DNA of 30,989 nucleotides from a virus (Duplodnaviria; Heunggongvirae; Uroviricota; Caudoviricetes): IMG/VR virus record IMGVR_UViG_2537561692_000010; one strand, 5' to 3'. Shown piece by piece: positions 22,891 to 30,989 of this stretch (position 1 is its first letter; each line of letters starts with the position of its first letter). The notes under the pieces were generated by a model. It saw only the letters and a program-made list of their open reading frames with translations, ran no database searches and was not told where the DNA came from. The position numbers and the translations under genes were made by a program.

Positions 22891-23916
22891 ATGTCGATGT
22901 ACACAACCGCCCAGCTGCTGGCGGCAAATGAGCAGAAATTTAAGTTTGATCCGCTGTTTCTGCGTCTCTTTTTCCGTGAGAGCTATCCCTTCACCACGGA
23001 GAAAGTCTATCTCTCACAAATTCCGGGACTGGTAAACATGGCGCTGTACGTTTCGCCGATTGTTTCCGGTGAGGTTATCCGCTCCCGTGGCGGCTCCACC
23101 TCTGAATTTACACCGGGATATGTCAAGCCGAAGCATGAGGTGAATCCGCAGATGACCCTGCGTCGCCTGCCGGATGAAGATCCGCAGAATCTGGCGGACC
23201 CGGCTTACCGCCGCCGTCGCATCATCATGCAGAACATGCGAGACGAAGAGCTGGCCATTGCTCAGGTCGAAGAGATGCAGGCAGTTTCTGCTGTGCTTAA
23301 GGGCAAATACACCATGACCGGTGAAGCCTTCGATCCGGTTGAGGTGGATATGGGCCGCAGTGCGGCGAACAACATCACACAGTCCGGTGGTACGGAGTGG
23401 AGCAAGCGTGACAAGTCCACGTATGACCCGACCGACGATATCGAAGCCTATGCGCTGAACGCCAGCGGAGTGGTGAATATCATCGTGTTTGATCCGAAAG
23501 GCTGGGCGCTGTTCCGTTCCTTCAAAGCCGTCAAGGAGAAGCTGGATACCCGTCGCGGCTCTAATTCCGAGCTGGAGACAGCGGTAAAAGACCTGGGCGA
23601 AGCGGTGTCCTATAAGGGGATGTATGGCGATACGGCGATCGTCGTGTATTCCGGACAGTACGTGGAAAACGACGTCAAAAAGAACTTCCTTCCGGACAAC
23701 ACGATGGTGCTGGGGAACACTCAGGCACGCGGTCTGCGCACCTATGGCTGCATTCAGGATGCGGACGCACAGCGCGAAGGTATTAACGCCTCTGCCCGCT
23801 ACCCGAAAAACTGGGTGACCACCGGCGATCCGGCGCGTGAGTTCACCATGATTCAGTCAGCACCGCTGATGCTGCTGGCTGACCCTGATGCGTTCGTGTC
23901 CGTACAACTGGCGTAA
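22891..23916 (+). CDS. E: Major capsid protein E, 341 aa
   Basis: MSMYTTAQLLAANEQKFKFDPLFLRLFF... matches lambda gpE; start at Met10 of the track ORF. Confidence 0.95.
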   Translation: MSMYTTAQLLAANEQKFKFDPLFLRLFFRESYPFTTEKVYLSQIPGLVNMALYVSPIVSGEVIRSRGGSTSEFTPGYVKPKHEVNPQMTLRRLPDEDPQNLADPAYRRRRIIMQNMRDEELAIAQVEEMQAVSAVLKGKYTMTGEAFDPVEVDMGRSAANNITQSGGTEWSKRDKSTYDPTDDIEAYALNASGVVNIIVFDPKGWALFRSFKAVKEKLDTRRGSNSELETAVKDLGEAVSYKGMYGDTAIVVYSGQYVENDVKKNFLPDNTMVLGNTQARGLRTYGCIQDADAQREGINASARYPKNWVTTGDPAREFTMIQSAPLMLLADPDAFVSVQLA

Positions 23917-23957
23917 TCATGGCCCTTCGGGGCCATTTTCTCTCTGTGGAGGAGTCT

Positions 23958-24353
23958 ATGACGAAAGATGAACTGATTGCCCGTCTTCAGGTGCTGGGTG
24001 AGCAACTGAACCGTGATGTCAGCCTGACGGGGACGAAAGAAGAACTGGTGCTCCGTGTGGCAGAGCTGGAAGAGGAGCTTGATGACACGGATGACGCTGC
24101 CGGTCAGGACACATCTGTCAGCCCGGAAAATGCGCTGACCGGACATGAAAATGAGGTGGTATCAGCGCAGCCGGATACCGTGATTGATACGGCTGCTCTG
24201 GTCACGGTCGTGGCACTGGTGACGCTGCATACTGATGCACTTCACGCCACGCGGGATGAGCCTGTGGCATTTGTGCTGCCGGGAACGGCGTTTCGTGTCT
24301 CTGCCGGTGTGGCAGCCGAAATGACAGAACATGGCCTGGCCAGAATGCAATAA
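23958..24353 (+). CDS. FI: DNA-packaging protein FI, 131 aa
   Basis: MTKDELIARLQVLGEQLNRDVSLTG... matches lambda gpFI; GGAGG upstream of the ATG at 23958. Confidence 0.9.
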   Translation: MTKDELIARLQVLGEQLNRDVSLTGTKEELVLRVAELEEELDDTDDAAGQDTSVSPENALTGHENEVVSAQPDTVIDTAALVTVVALVTLHTDALHATRDEPVAFVLPGTAFRVSAGVAAEMTEHGLARMQ

Positions 24354-24364
24354 CGGGAGGCGCT

Positions 24365-24718
24365 GTGGCTGATTTCGATAACCTGTTCGATGCTGCCATT
24401 GCCCGCGCCGATGAAACGATACGCGGGTACATGGGAACGTCAGCCACCATGACATCCGGTGAGCAGTCAGGTGCGGTGATACGTGGTGTTTTTGATGACC
24501 CTGAAAATATCAGCTATGCCGGACAGGGCGTGCGCGTTGAAGGCTCCAGCCCGTCCCTGTTTGTCCGGACTGATGATGTGCGGCAGCTGCGGCGCGGCGA
24601 CACGCTGACCATCGGTGAGGAAAACTTCTGGATAGACCGGATTTCGCCGGATGATGGCGGAAGCTGTCATCTCTGGCTTGGGCGGGGCGTACCGCCTGCC
24701 GTTAACCGTCGCCGCTGA
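24365..24718 (+). CDS. FII: Head-tail connector protein FII, 117 aa
   Basis: Lambda gpFII-like, same length. Confidence 0.9.
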   Translation: MADFDNLFDAAIARADETIRGYMGTSATMTSGEQSGAVIRGVFDDPENISYAGQGVRVEGSSPSLFVRTDDVRQLRRGDTLTIGEENFWIDRISPDDGGSCHLWLGRGVPPAVNRRR

Positions 24719-24729
24719 AAGGGGGATGT

Positions 24730-25308
24730 ATGGCCATAAAAGGTCTTGAGCAGGCCGTTGAAAACCTCAGCCGTATCAGCAGAACGGCGGTGCCCGGTGC
24801 CGCCGCAATGGCCATTAACCGCGTTGCTTCATCCGCGATATCGCAGTCGGTGGCACAGGTTGCCCGTGAGACAAAGGTACGCCGGAAACTGGTAAAGGAA
24901 AGGGCCAGGCTGAAAAGGGCCACGGTCAAAAATCCGCAGGCCAGAATCAGGGTTAACCGGGGGGATTTGCCCGTAATCAAGCTGGGTAACGCGCGGGTTG
25001 TCCTTTCGCGCCGCAGGCGTCGTAAAAAGGGGCAGCGTTCATCCCTGAAAGGTGGCGGCAGCGTGCTTGTGGTGGGAAACCGTCGTATTCCCGGCGCGTT
25101 TATTCAGCAACTGAAAAATGGCCGGTGGCATGTCATGCAGCGTGTGGCCGGGAAAAACCGTTACCCCATTGATGTGGTGAAAATCCCGATGGCGGTGCCG
25201 CTTACCACGGCGTTTAAACAGAATATTGAACGGATACGGCGTGAATGTCTTCCGAAAGAGCTGGGCTATGCGCTGCAGCATCAACTGAGAATGGTAATAA
25301 AGCGATGA
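24730..25308 (+). CDS. Z: Tail completion protein Z, 192 aa
   Basis: Lambda gpZ-like, same length. Confidence 0.9.
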   Translation: MAIKGLEQAVENLSRISRTAVPGAAAMAINRVASSAISQSVAQVARETKVRRKLVKERARLKRATVKNPQARIRVNRGDLPVIKLGNARVVLSRRRRRKKGQRSSLKGGGSVLVVGNRRIPGAFIQQLKNGRWHVMQRVAGKNRYPIDVVKIPMAVPLTTAFKQNIERIRRECLPKELGYALQHQLRMVIKR

Positions 25309-25700
25309 AACATACTGAACTCCGTGCAGCCGTACTGGATGCACTGGAGAAGCATGACACCGGGGCGACGCTTTTTGATGGTCGCCCCGCTGTTTTTGAT
25401 GAGGCGGATTTTCCGGCAATTGCCGTTTATCTCACCGGCGCTGAATACACGGGCGAAGAGCTGGACAGTGATACCTGGCAGGCGGAGCTGCATATTGAAG
25501 TTTTCCTGCCTGCTCAGGTGCCGGATTCAGAGCTGGATTCGTGGATGGAGTCCCGGATTTATCCGGTGATGAGCGATGTCCCGGCACTGTCAGATTTGAT
25601 CACCAGTATGGTGGCCAGCGGCTATGACTACCGGCGCGACGATGATGCGGGCCTGTGGAGTTCAGCCGATCTGACTTATGTCATTACCTATGAAATGTGA
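25305..25700 (+). CDS. U: Tail terminator protein U, 131 aa
   Basis: [33 protein letters not shown]... matches lambda gpU; start at Met21 of the track ORF. Confidence 0.9.
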   Translation: MKHTELRAAVLDALEKHDTGATLFDGRPAVFDEADFPAIAVYLTGAEYTGEELDSDTWQAELHIEVFLPAQVPDSELDSWMESRIYPVMSDVPALSDLITSMVASGYDYRRDDDAGLWSSADLTYVITYEM

Positions 25701-25707
25701 GGACGAT

Positions 25708-26435
25708 ATGCCTGTACCAAATCCAGTAATGCCGGTGAAAGGGGCCGGGACCACACTGTGGGTTTATAAGGGGAAGCGGTGACCCTTATGCGAATCCGCT
25801 TTCAGACGTTGACTGGTCGCGTCTGGCAAAAGTTAAAGACCTGACGCCCGGCGAACTGACCGCTGAGTCCTATGACGACAGCTATCTCGATGATGAAGAT
25901 GCAGACTGGACTGCGACCGGGCAGGGGCAGAAATCTGCCGGAGATACCAGCTTCACGCTGGCGTGGATGCCCGGAGAGCAGGGGCAGCAGGCGCTGCTGG
26001 CGTGGTTTAATGAAGGCGATACCCGTGCCTATAAAATCCGCTTCCCGAACGGCACGGTCGATGTGTTCCGTGGCTGGGTCAGCAGTATCGGTAAGGCGGT
26101 GACGGCGAAGGAAGTGATCACCCGTACGGTGAAGTCACCAAGTGGGCGTCCGTCATGGCAGAAGATCGCAGACGGTACGCGGCAACCGGATGACGTGACG
26201 CCTGCCAGCCTCGGTGGTGAAAGGGCAGAGCACCACGCTGACCGTGGCATTCCAGCCGGAGGGCAACGACAAGAGCTTCCGTGCGGTGTCAGCGGATAAA
26301 ACAAAAGCCACCGTGTCGGTCAGTGGTATGACCATCACCGTGAAAGGTGTTGCTGCAGGCAAGGTCAACATTCCGGTTGTATCCGGTAATGGTGAACTTG
26401 CTGTGGTTGCAGAAATCACCGTCACCGACAGTTAA
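25708..26435 (+). pseudogene. V: Major tail protein V, disrupted by frameshifts
   Basis: ATG at 25708 reads [22 protein letters not shown] then hits a premature stop. The rest of gpV is recognisable only in other frames (25967..26299 and 26214..26435). Confidence 0.75.
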
Positions 26436-26450
26436 TCCGGAGAGTCAGCG

Positions 26451-26873
26451 ATGTTCCTGAAAACCGAATCATTTGAATATAACGGTGTGAGCGTCACGCT
26501 TTCTGAACTGTCAGCCCTGCAGCGAATTGAGCATCTCGCCCTGCTGAAACGACAGGCAGAACAGGCGGGATCCAGTCTCAATCGACAGGTGAGCGTGGAA
26601 GATCTCGTCAGAACCGGTGCTTTTCTGGTGGCGATGTCCCTGTGGCATAGCCATCCGCAGAAGACAAAGATGCCGTCCATGAATGAAGCCGTTAAACAAA
26701 TTGAGCAGGAAGTGCTTACCACCTGGCCCACAGAGGCAATTGCTCAGGCTGAAAATGTGGTAATGCGTCTGTCCGGTATGTCTGAGTTTGTTGTGAATGA
26801 TGCACCTGAACAGGCAGATGACGCCGGGCCAGCAGAGCCTGTTTCTGCGGGAAAGTGTTCGACGGTGAGCTGA
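26451..26873 (+). CDS. G: Tail assembly chaperone G, 140 aa
   Basis: Lambda gpG-like. The slippery heptamer GGGAAAG for the programmed -1 G-T frameshift is present at 26849-26855. Confidence 0.9.
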   Translation: MFLKTESFEYNGVSVTLSELSALQRIEHLALLKRQAEQAGSSLNRQVSVEDLVRTGAFLVAMSLWHSHPQKTKMPSMNEAVKQIEQEVLTTWPTEAIAQAENVVMRLSGMSEFVVNDAPEQADDAGPAEPVSAGKCSTVS

Positions 26874-27288
26874 GTTTTGCCCTGAAACTGGCGCGTGAGA
26901 TGGGGCGACCCGACTGGCGTGCCATGCTTGCCGGGATGTCATCCACGGAGTATGCCGACTGGCACCGCTTTTACAGTACCCATTATTTTCATGATGTTCT
27001 GCTGGATATGCACTTTTCCGGGCTGACGTACACCGTGCTCAGCCTGTTTTTCAGCGATCCGGATATGCATCCGCTGGATTTCAGTTGCTGAACCGGCGTG
27101 AGGCTGACGAAGAGCCTGAAGATGATGTGCTGATGCAGAAAGCGGCAGGGCTTGCCGGAGGTGTCCGCTTTGGCCCGGACGGGAATGAAGTTATCCCTAC
27201 TTCCCCGGATGTGGCGGACATGACGGAGGATGACGTAATGCTGATGACAGTATCAGAAGGGATCGCAGGAGGAGTCCGGTATGGCTGA
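26855..27288 (+). pseudogene. T: Tail assembly protein T (the -1 frame part of the G-T fusion), disrupted
   Basis: T-frame ORF ...MHPLDFSC stops at 27091. The remainder (MLNRREADEEPEDDVLMQKAAG...GVRYG) continues in another frame from 27085 to 27288. Confidence 0.7.
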
Positions 27289-29860
27289 ACCGGTAGGCGA
27301 TCTGGTCGTTGATTTGAGTCTGGATGCGGCCAGATTTGACGAGCAGATGGCCAGAGTCAGGCGTCATTTTTCCGATACGGAAAGTGATGCGAAAAAAACA
27401 GCGGCAGTCGTTGAACAGTCGATGAACCGGCAGGCGCTGGCTGCACAGAAAGCGGGAGTTTCCGTCGGGCAGTATAAAGCCGCCATGCGTATGCTGCCTG
27501 CACAGTTCACCGACGTGGCCACGCAGCTTGCAGGCGGGCAAAGTCCGTGGCTGATCCTGCTGCAACAGGGGGGTCAGGTTAAGGACTCCTTCGGCGGGAT
27601 GATCCCCATGTTCAGGGGGCTTGCCGGTGCGATCACCCTGCCGATGGTGGGGGCCACCTCGCTGGCGGTGGCGACCGGTGCGCTGGCGTATGCCTGGTAT
27701 CAGGGCAACTCAACCCTGTCCGATTTCAACAAAACGCTGGTCCTTTCCGGCAATCAGGCGGGACTGACGGCAGATCGTATGCTGGTCCTGTCCAGAGCCG
27801 GGCAGGCGGCAGGGCTGACGTTTAACCAGACCAGCGAGTCACTGACGGCGCTGGTGAATGCCGGTGTGCGTGGTGGTGAGCAGTTTGAGGCGATCAGCCA
27901 GAGTGTGGCGCGTTTCTCCTCTGCATCCGGCGTGGAGGTGGACAAGGTCGCTGAAGCCTTCGGGAAGCTGACCACAGACCCGACGTCGGGACTGACAGCG
28001 ATGGCACGTCAGTTCCATAACGTGACGGCGGAGCAGATTGCGTATGTTGCTCAGTTGCAGCGTTCCGGAGATGAAGCCGGGGCATTGCAGGCGGCGAACG
28101 AGGCCGCAACGAAAGGGTTTGATGACCAGACCCGCCGCCTGAAAGAGAACATGGGCACGCTGGAAACCTGGGCAGACAGGACAGCACGGGCATTCAAATC
28201 CATGTGGGATTCGGTGCTGGATATTGGTCGCCCGGACACTGCCCAGGGAATGCTGGAGAAAGCAGAAAAGGCTTTTGATGAGGCGGACAAAAAATGGCAG
28301 TGGTATCAGAGCCGGAGCCACCGGCGCGGTAAAACCTCAGCATTTCGTGCCAATCTCCGGGGAGCATGGGAGGACAGAGCGAATGCGCAACTTGGGCTTT
28401 CAGCCGCCACGTTGCAGGCCGATCTTGAAAAGGCCAGAGAGATGGCAGCAAAGGACTGGGCCGAGTCTGAGGCATCACGGCTGAAATATACCGAAGAGGC
28501 GCAGAAGGCTTACGAACGGCTGCAGACGCCGCTGGAGAAATATACCGCCCGTCAGGAAGAACTGAACAAGGCACTGAAAGACGGGAAAATCCTGCAGGCG
28601 GATTACAACACGCTGATGGCGGCGGCGAAAAAGGATTATGAAGCGACGCTGAAAAAGCCGAAACAGTCCGGCGTGAAAGTGTCTGCGGGCGATCGTCAGG
28701 AAGACAGTGCTCATGCTGCCCTGCTGACGCTTCAGGCAGAACTCCGGACGCTGGAGAAGCATGCCGGAGCAAATGAGAAAATCAGCCAGCAGCGCCGGGA
28801 TTTGTGGAAGGCGGAGAGTCAGTTCGCGGTACTGGAGGAGGCGGCGCAACGTCGCCAGCTGTCTGCACAGGAGAAATCCCTGCTGGCGCATAAAGATGAG
28901 ACGCTGGAGTACAAACGCCAGCTGGCTGCACTTGGCGACAAGGTTACGTATCAGGAGCGCCTGAACGCGCTGGCGCAGCAGGCGGATAAATTCGCACAGC
29001 AGCAACGGGCAAAACGGGCCGCCATTGATGCGAAAAGCCGGGGGCTGACTGACCGGCAGGCAGAACGGGAAGCCACGGAACAGCGCCTGAAGGAACAGTA
29101 TGGCGATAATCCGCTGGCGCTGAATAACGTCATGTCAGAGCAGAAAAAGACCTGGGCGGCTGAAGACCAGCTTCGCGGGAACTGGATGGCAGGCCTGAAG
29201 TCCGGCTGGAGTGAGTGGGAAGAGAGCGCCACGGACAGTATGTCGCAGGTTAAAAGTGCAGCCGCGCAGACCTTTGATGGTATTGCACAGAATATGGCGG
29301 CGATGCTGACCGGCAGTGAGCAGAACTGGCGCAGCTTCACCCGTTCCGTGCTGTCCATGATGACAGAAATTCTGCTTAAGCAGGCAATGGTGGGGATTGT
29401 CGGGAGTATCGGCAGCGCCATTGGCGGAGCTGCCAGTGGTGGAGCATCCGCGTCAGGCGGTACAGCCATTCAGGCCGCTGCGGCGAAATTCCATTTTGCG
29501 ACCGGAGGATTTACGGGAACCGGCGGCAAATATGAGCCAGCGGGGATTGTTCACCGTGGTGAATTTGTCTTCACGAAGGAGGCAACCAGCCGGATTGGTG
29601 TCGGCAACCTTTACCGGCTGATGCGCGGCTATGCCACCGGCGGTTATGTCGGTACACCGGGCGGCATGGCAGACAGCCGGTCGCAGGCGTCCGGGACGTT
29701 TGAGCAGAATAACCATGTGGTGATTAACAACGACGGCACGAACGGGCAGATAGGTCCGGCTGCTCTGAAGGCGGTGTATGACATGGCCCGCAAGGGTGCC
29801 CGTGATGAAATTCAGACACAGATGCGTGATGGTGGCCTGTTCTCCGGAGGTGGACGATGA
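27281..29860 (+). CDS. H: Tail tape-measure protein H, 859 aa
   Basis: Lambda gpH-like throughout; overlaps the T end as in lambda. Confidence 0.95.
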   Translation: MAEPVGDLVVDLSLDAARFDEQMARVRRHFSDTESDAKKTAAVVEQSMNRQALAAQKAGVSVGQYKAAMRMLPAQFTDVATQLAGGQSPWLILLQQGGQVKDSFGGMIPMFRGLAGAITLPMVGATSLAVATGALAYAWYQGNSTLSDFNKTLVLSGNQAGLTADRMLVLSRAGQAAGLTFNQTSESLTALVNAGVRGGEQFEAISQSVARFSSASGVEVDKVAEAFGKLTTDPTSGLTAMARQFHNVTAEQIAYVAQLQRSGDEAGALQAANEAATKGFDDQTRRLKENMGTLETWADRTARAFKSMWDSVLDIGRPDTAQGMLEKAEKAFDEADKKWQWYQSRSHRRGKTSAFRANLRGAWEDRANAQLGLSAATLQADLEKAREMAAKDWAESEASRLKYTEEAQKAYERLQTPLEKYTARQEELNKALKDGKILQADYNTLMAAAKKDYEATLKKPKQSGVKVSAGDRQEDSAHAALLTLQAELRTLEKHAGANEKISQQRRDLWKAESQFAVLEEAAQRRQLSAQEKSLLAHKDETLEYKRQLAALGDKVTYQERLNALAQQADKFAQQQRAKRAAIDAKSRGLTDRQAEREATEQRLKEQYGDNPLALNNVMSEQKKTWAAEDQLRGNWMAGLKSGWSEWEESATDSMSQVKSAAAQTFDGIAQNMAAMLTGSEQNWRSFTRSVLSMMTEILLKQAMVGIVGSIGSAIGGAASGGASASGGTAIQAAAAKFHFATGGFTGTGGKYEPAGIVHRGEFVFTKEATSRIGVGNLYRLMRGYATGGYVGTPGGMADSRSQASGTFEQNNHVVINNDGTNGQIGPAALKAVYDMARKGARDEIQTQMRDGGLFSGGGR

Positions 29861-30186
29861 AGACCTTCCGCTGGAAAGTGAAACCCGGTATGGATGTGGC
29901 TTCGGTCCCTTCTGTAAGAAAGGTGCGCTTTGGTGATGGCTATTCTCAGCGAGCGCCTGCCGGGCTGAATGCCAACCTGAAAACGTACAGCGTGACGCTT
30001 TCTGTCCCCCGTGAGGAGGCCACGGTACTGGAGTCGTTTCTGGAAGAGTACGGGGGCTGGAAATCCTTTCTGTGGACGCCGCCTTATGAGTGGCGGCAGA
30101 TAAAGGTGACCTGCGCAAAATGGTCGTCGCGGGTCAGTATGCTGCGTGTTGAGTTCAGCGCAGAGTTTGAACAGGTGGTGAACTGA
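29857..30186 (+). CDS. M: Minor tail protein M, 109 aa
   Basis: Lambda gpM-like, same length. Confidence 0.9.
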   Translation: MKTFRWKVKPGMDVASVPSVRKVRFGDGYSQRAPAGLNANLKTYSVTLSVPREEATVLESFLEEYGGWKSFLWTPPYEWRQIKVTCAKWSSRVSMLRVEFSAEFEQVVN

Positions 30187-30876
30187 TGCAGGATATCCGG
30201 CAGGAAACACTGAATGAATGCACCCGTGCGGAGCAGTCGGCCAGCGTGGTGCTCTGGGAAATCGACCTGACAGAGGTCGGTGGAGAACGTTATTTTTTCT
30301 GTAATGAGCAGAACGAAAAAGGTGAGCCGGTCACCTGGCAGGGGCGACAGTATCAGCCGTATCCCATTCAGGGGAGCGGTTTTGAACTGAATGGCAAAGG
30401 CACCAGTACGCGCCCCACGCTGACGGTTTCTAACCTGTACGGATGTCACCGGGATGGCGGAAGATCTGCAGAGTCTGGTCGGCGGAACGGTGGTCCGGCG
30501 TAAGGTTTACGCCCGTTTCTGGATGCGGTGAACTTCGTCAACGGAAACAGTAGCCGATCCGGAGCAGGAGGTGATCAGCCGCTGGCGCATGAGCAGTGCA
30601 GCGAACTGAGCGCGGTAGTGCCTCTTTTGTACTGTCCACGCCGACGAAACGGACGGCGCTGTTTTTCCGGGACGTATCATGCTGGCCAACACCTGCACCT
30701 GGACCTATCGCGGTGATGAGTGCGGTTATCACGGTCCGGCAGTCGCGGATGAATATGACCAGCCGACGTCCGATATCACGAAGGATAAATGCAGCAAATG
30801 CCTGAGCGGCTGTAAGTTTCGCAATAATGTCGGCAACTTTGGCAGCTTCCTTTCCATTAACAAACTTTCGCAGTAA
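30186..30876 (+). pseudogene. L: Minor tail protein L, disrupted by multiple indels
   Basis: The N-terminal 100 aa are lambda gpL-like, then the ORF terminates at 30503. Middle and C-terminal gpL segments are found in ORFs 30528..30716 and 30679..30876 in shifted frames. Confidence 0.75.
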
Positions 30877-30880
30877 TCCC

Positions 30881-30989
30881 ATGACAGAGACAGAATCAGC
30901 GATTCTGGCGCACGCCCGGCGATGTGCGCCAGCGGAGTCGTGCGGCTTCGTGGTGAGAACGCCGGAGGAGGAAAGATATTTTCCCTGCG
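30881..30989 (+). CDS. K: Tail assembly protein K, N-terminal part (runs off the right edge)
   Basis: ATG at 30881 reads MTETESAILAHARRCAPAESCGFVV..., lambda gpK-like. Confidence 0.85.
   Translation, partial: MTETESAILAHARRCAPAESCGFVVRTPEEERYFPC

Overview
This window is a mosaic accessory region from an Enterobacteriaceae (E. coli-like) chromosome. Left to right: (i) a truncated IS21-family transposase fragment at the left edge; (ii) a BetT-like BCCT transporter and a DUF2254-like membrane protein; (iii) a visibly AT-rich ~2.3 kb three-gene minus-strand operon (ParA/MinD-like ATPase plus two ORFans), which I consider the best candidate for an uncharacterised system; (iv) a left-truncated lambdoid prophage. 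The prophage carries a hok toxin, a DUF968 protein, RusA, a Q antiterminator, a 427-aa reverse-strand ORFan moron, an orphan DNA methyltransferase, two tRNAs, a non-lambda lysis cassette, bor, cos, and a head/tail module (nu1-A-W-B-C-nu3-D-E-FI-FII-Z-U-V-G-T-H-M-L-K) that I recognise as near-identical to phage lambda from memory. In that module C, V, T and L are broken by small indels. No CRISPR array, rRNA, integrase, repressor or replication genes were seen. All family assignments are from reading the translations; no database search was run, and GC statements are by eye, not computed.
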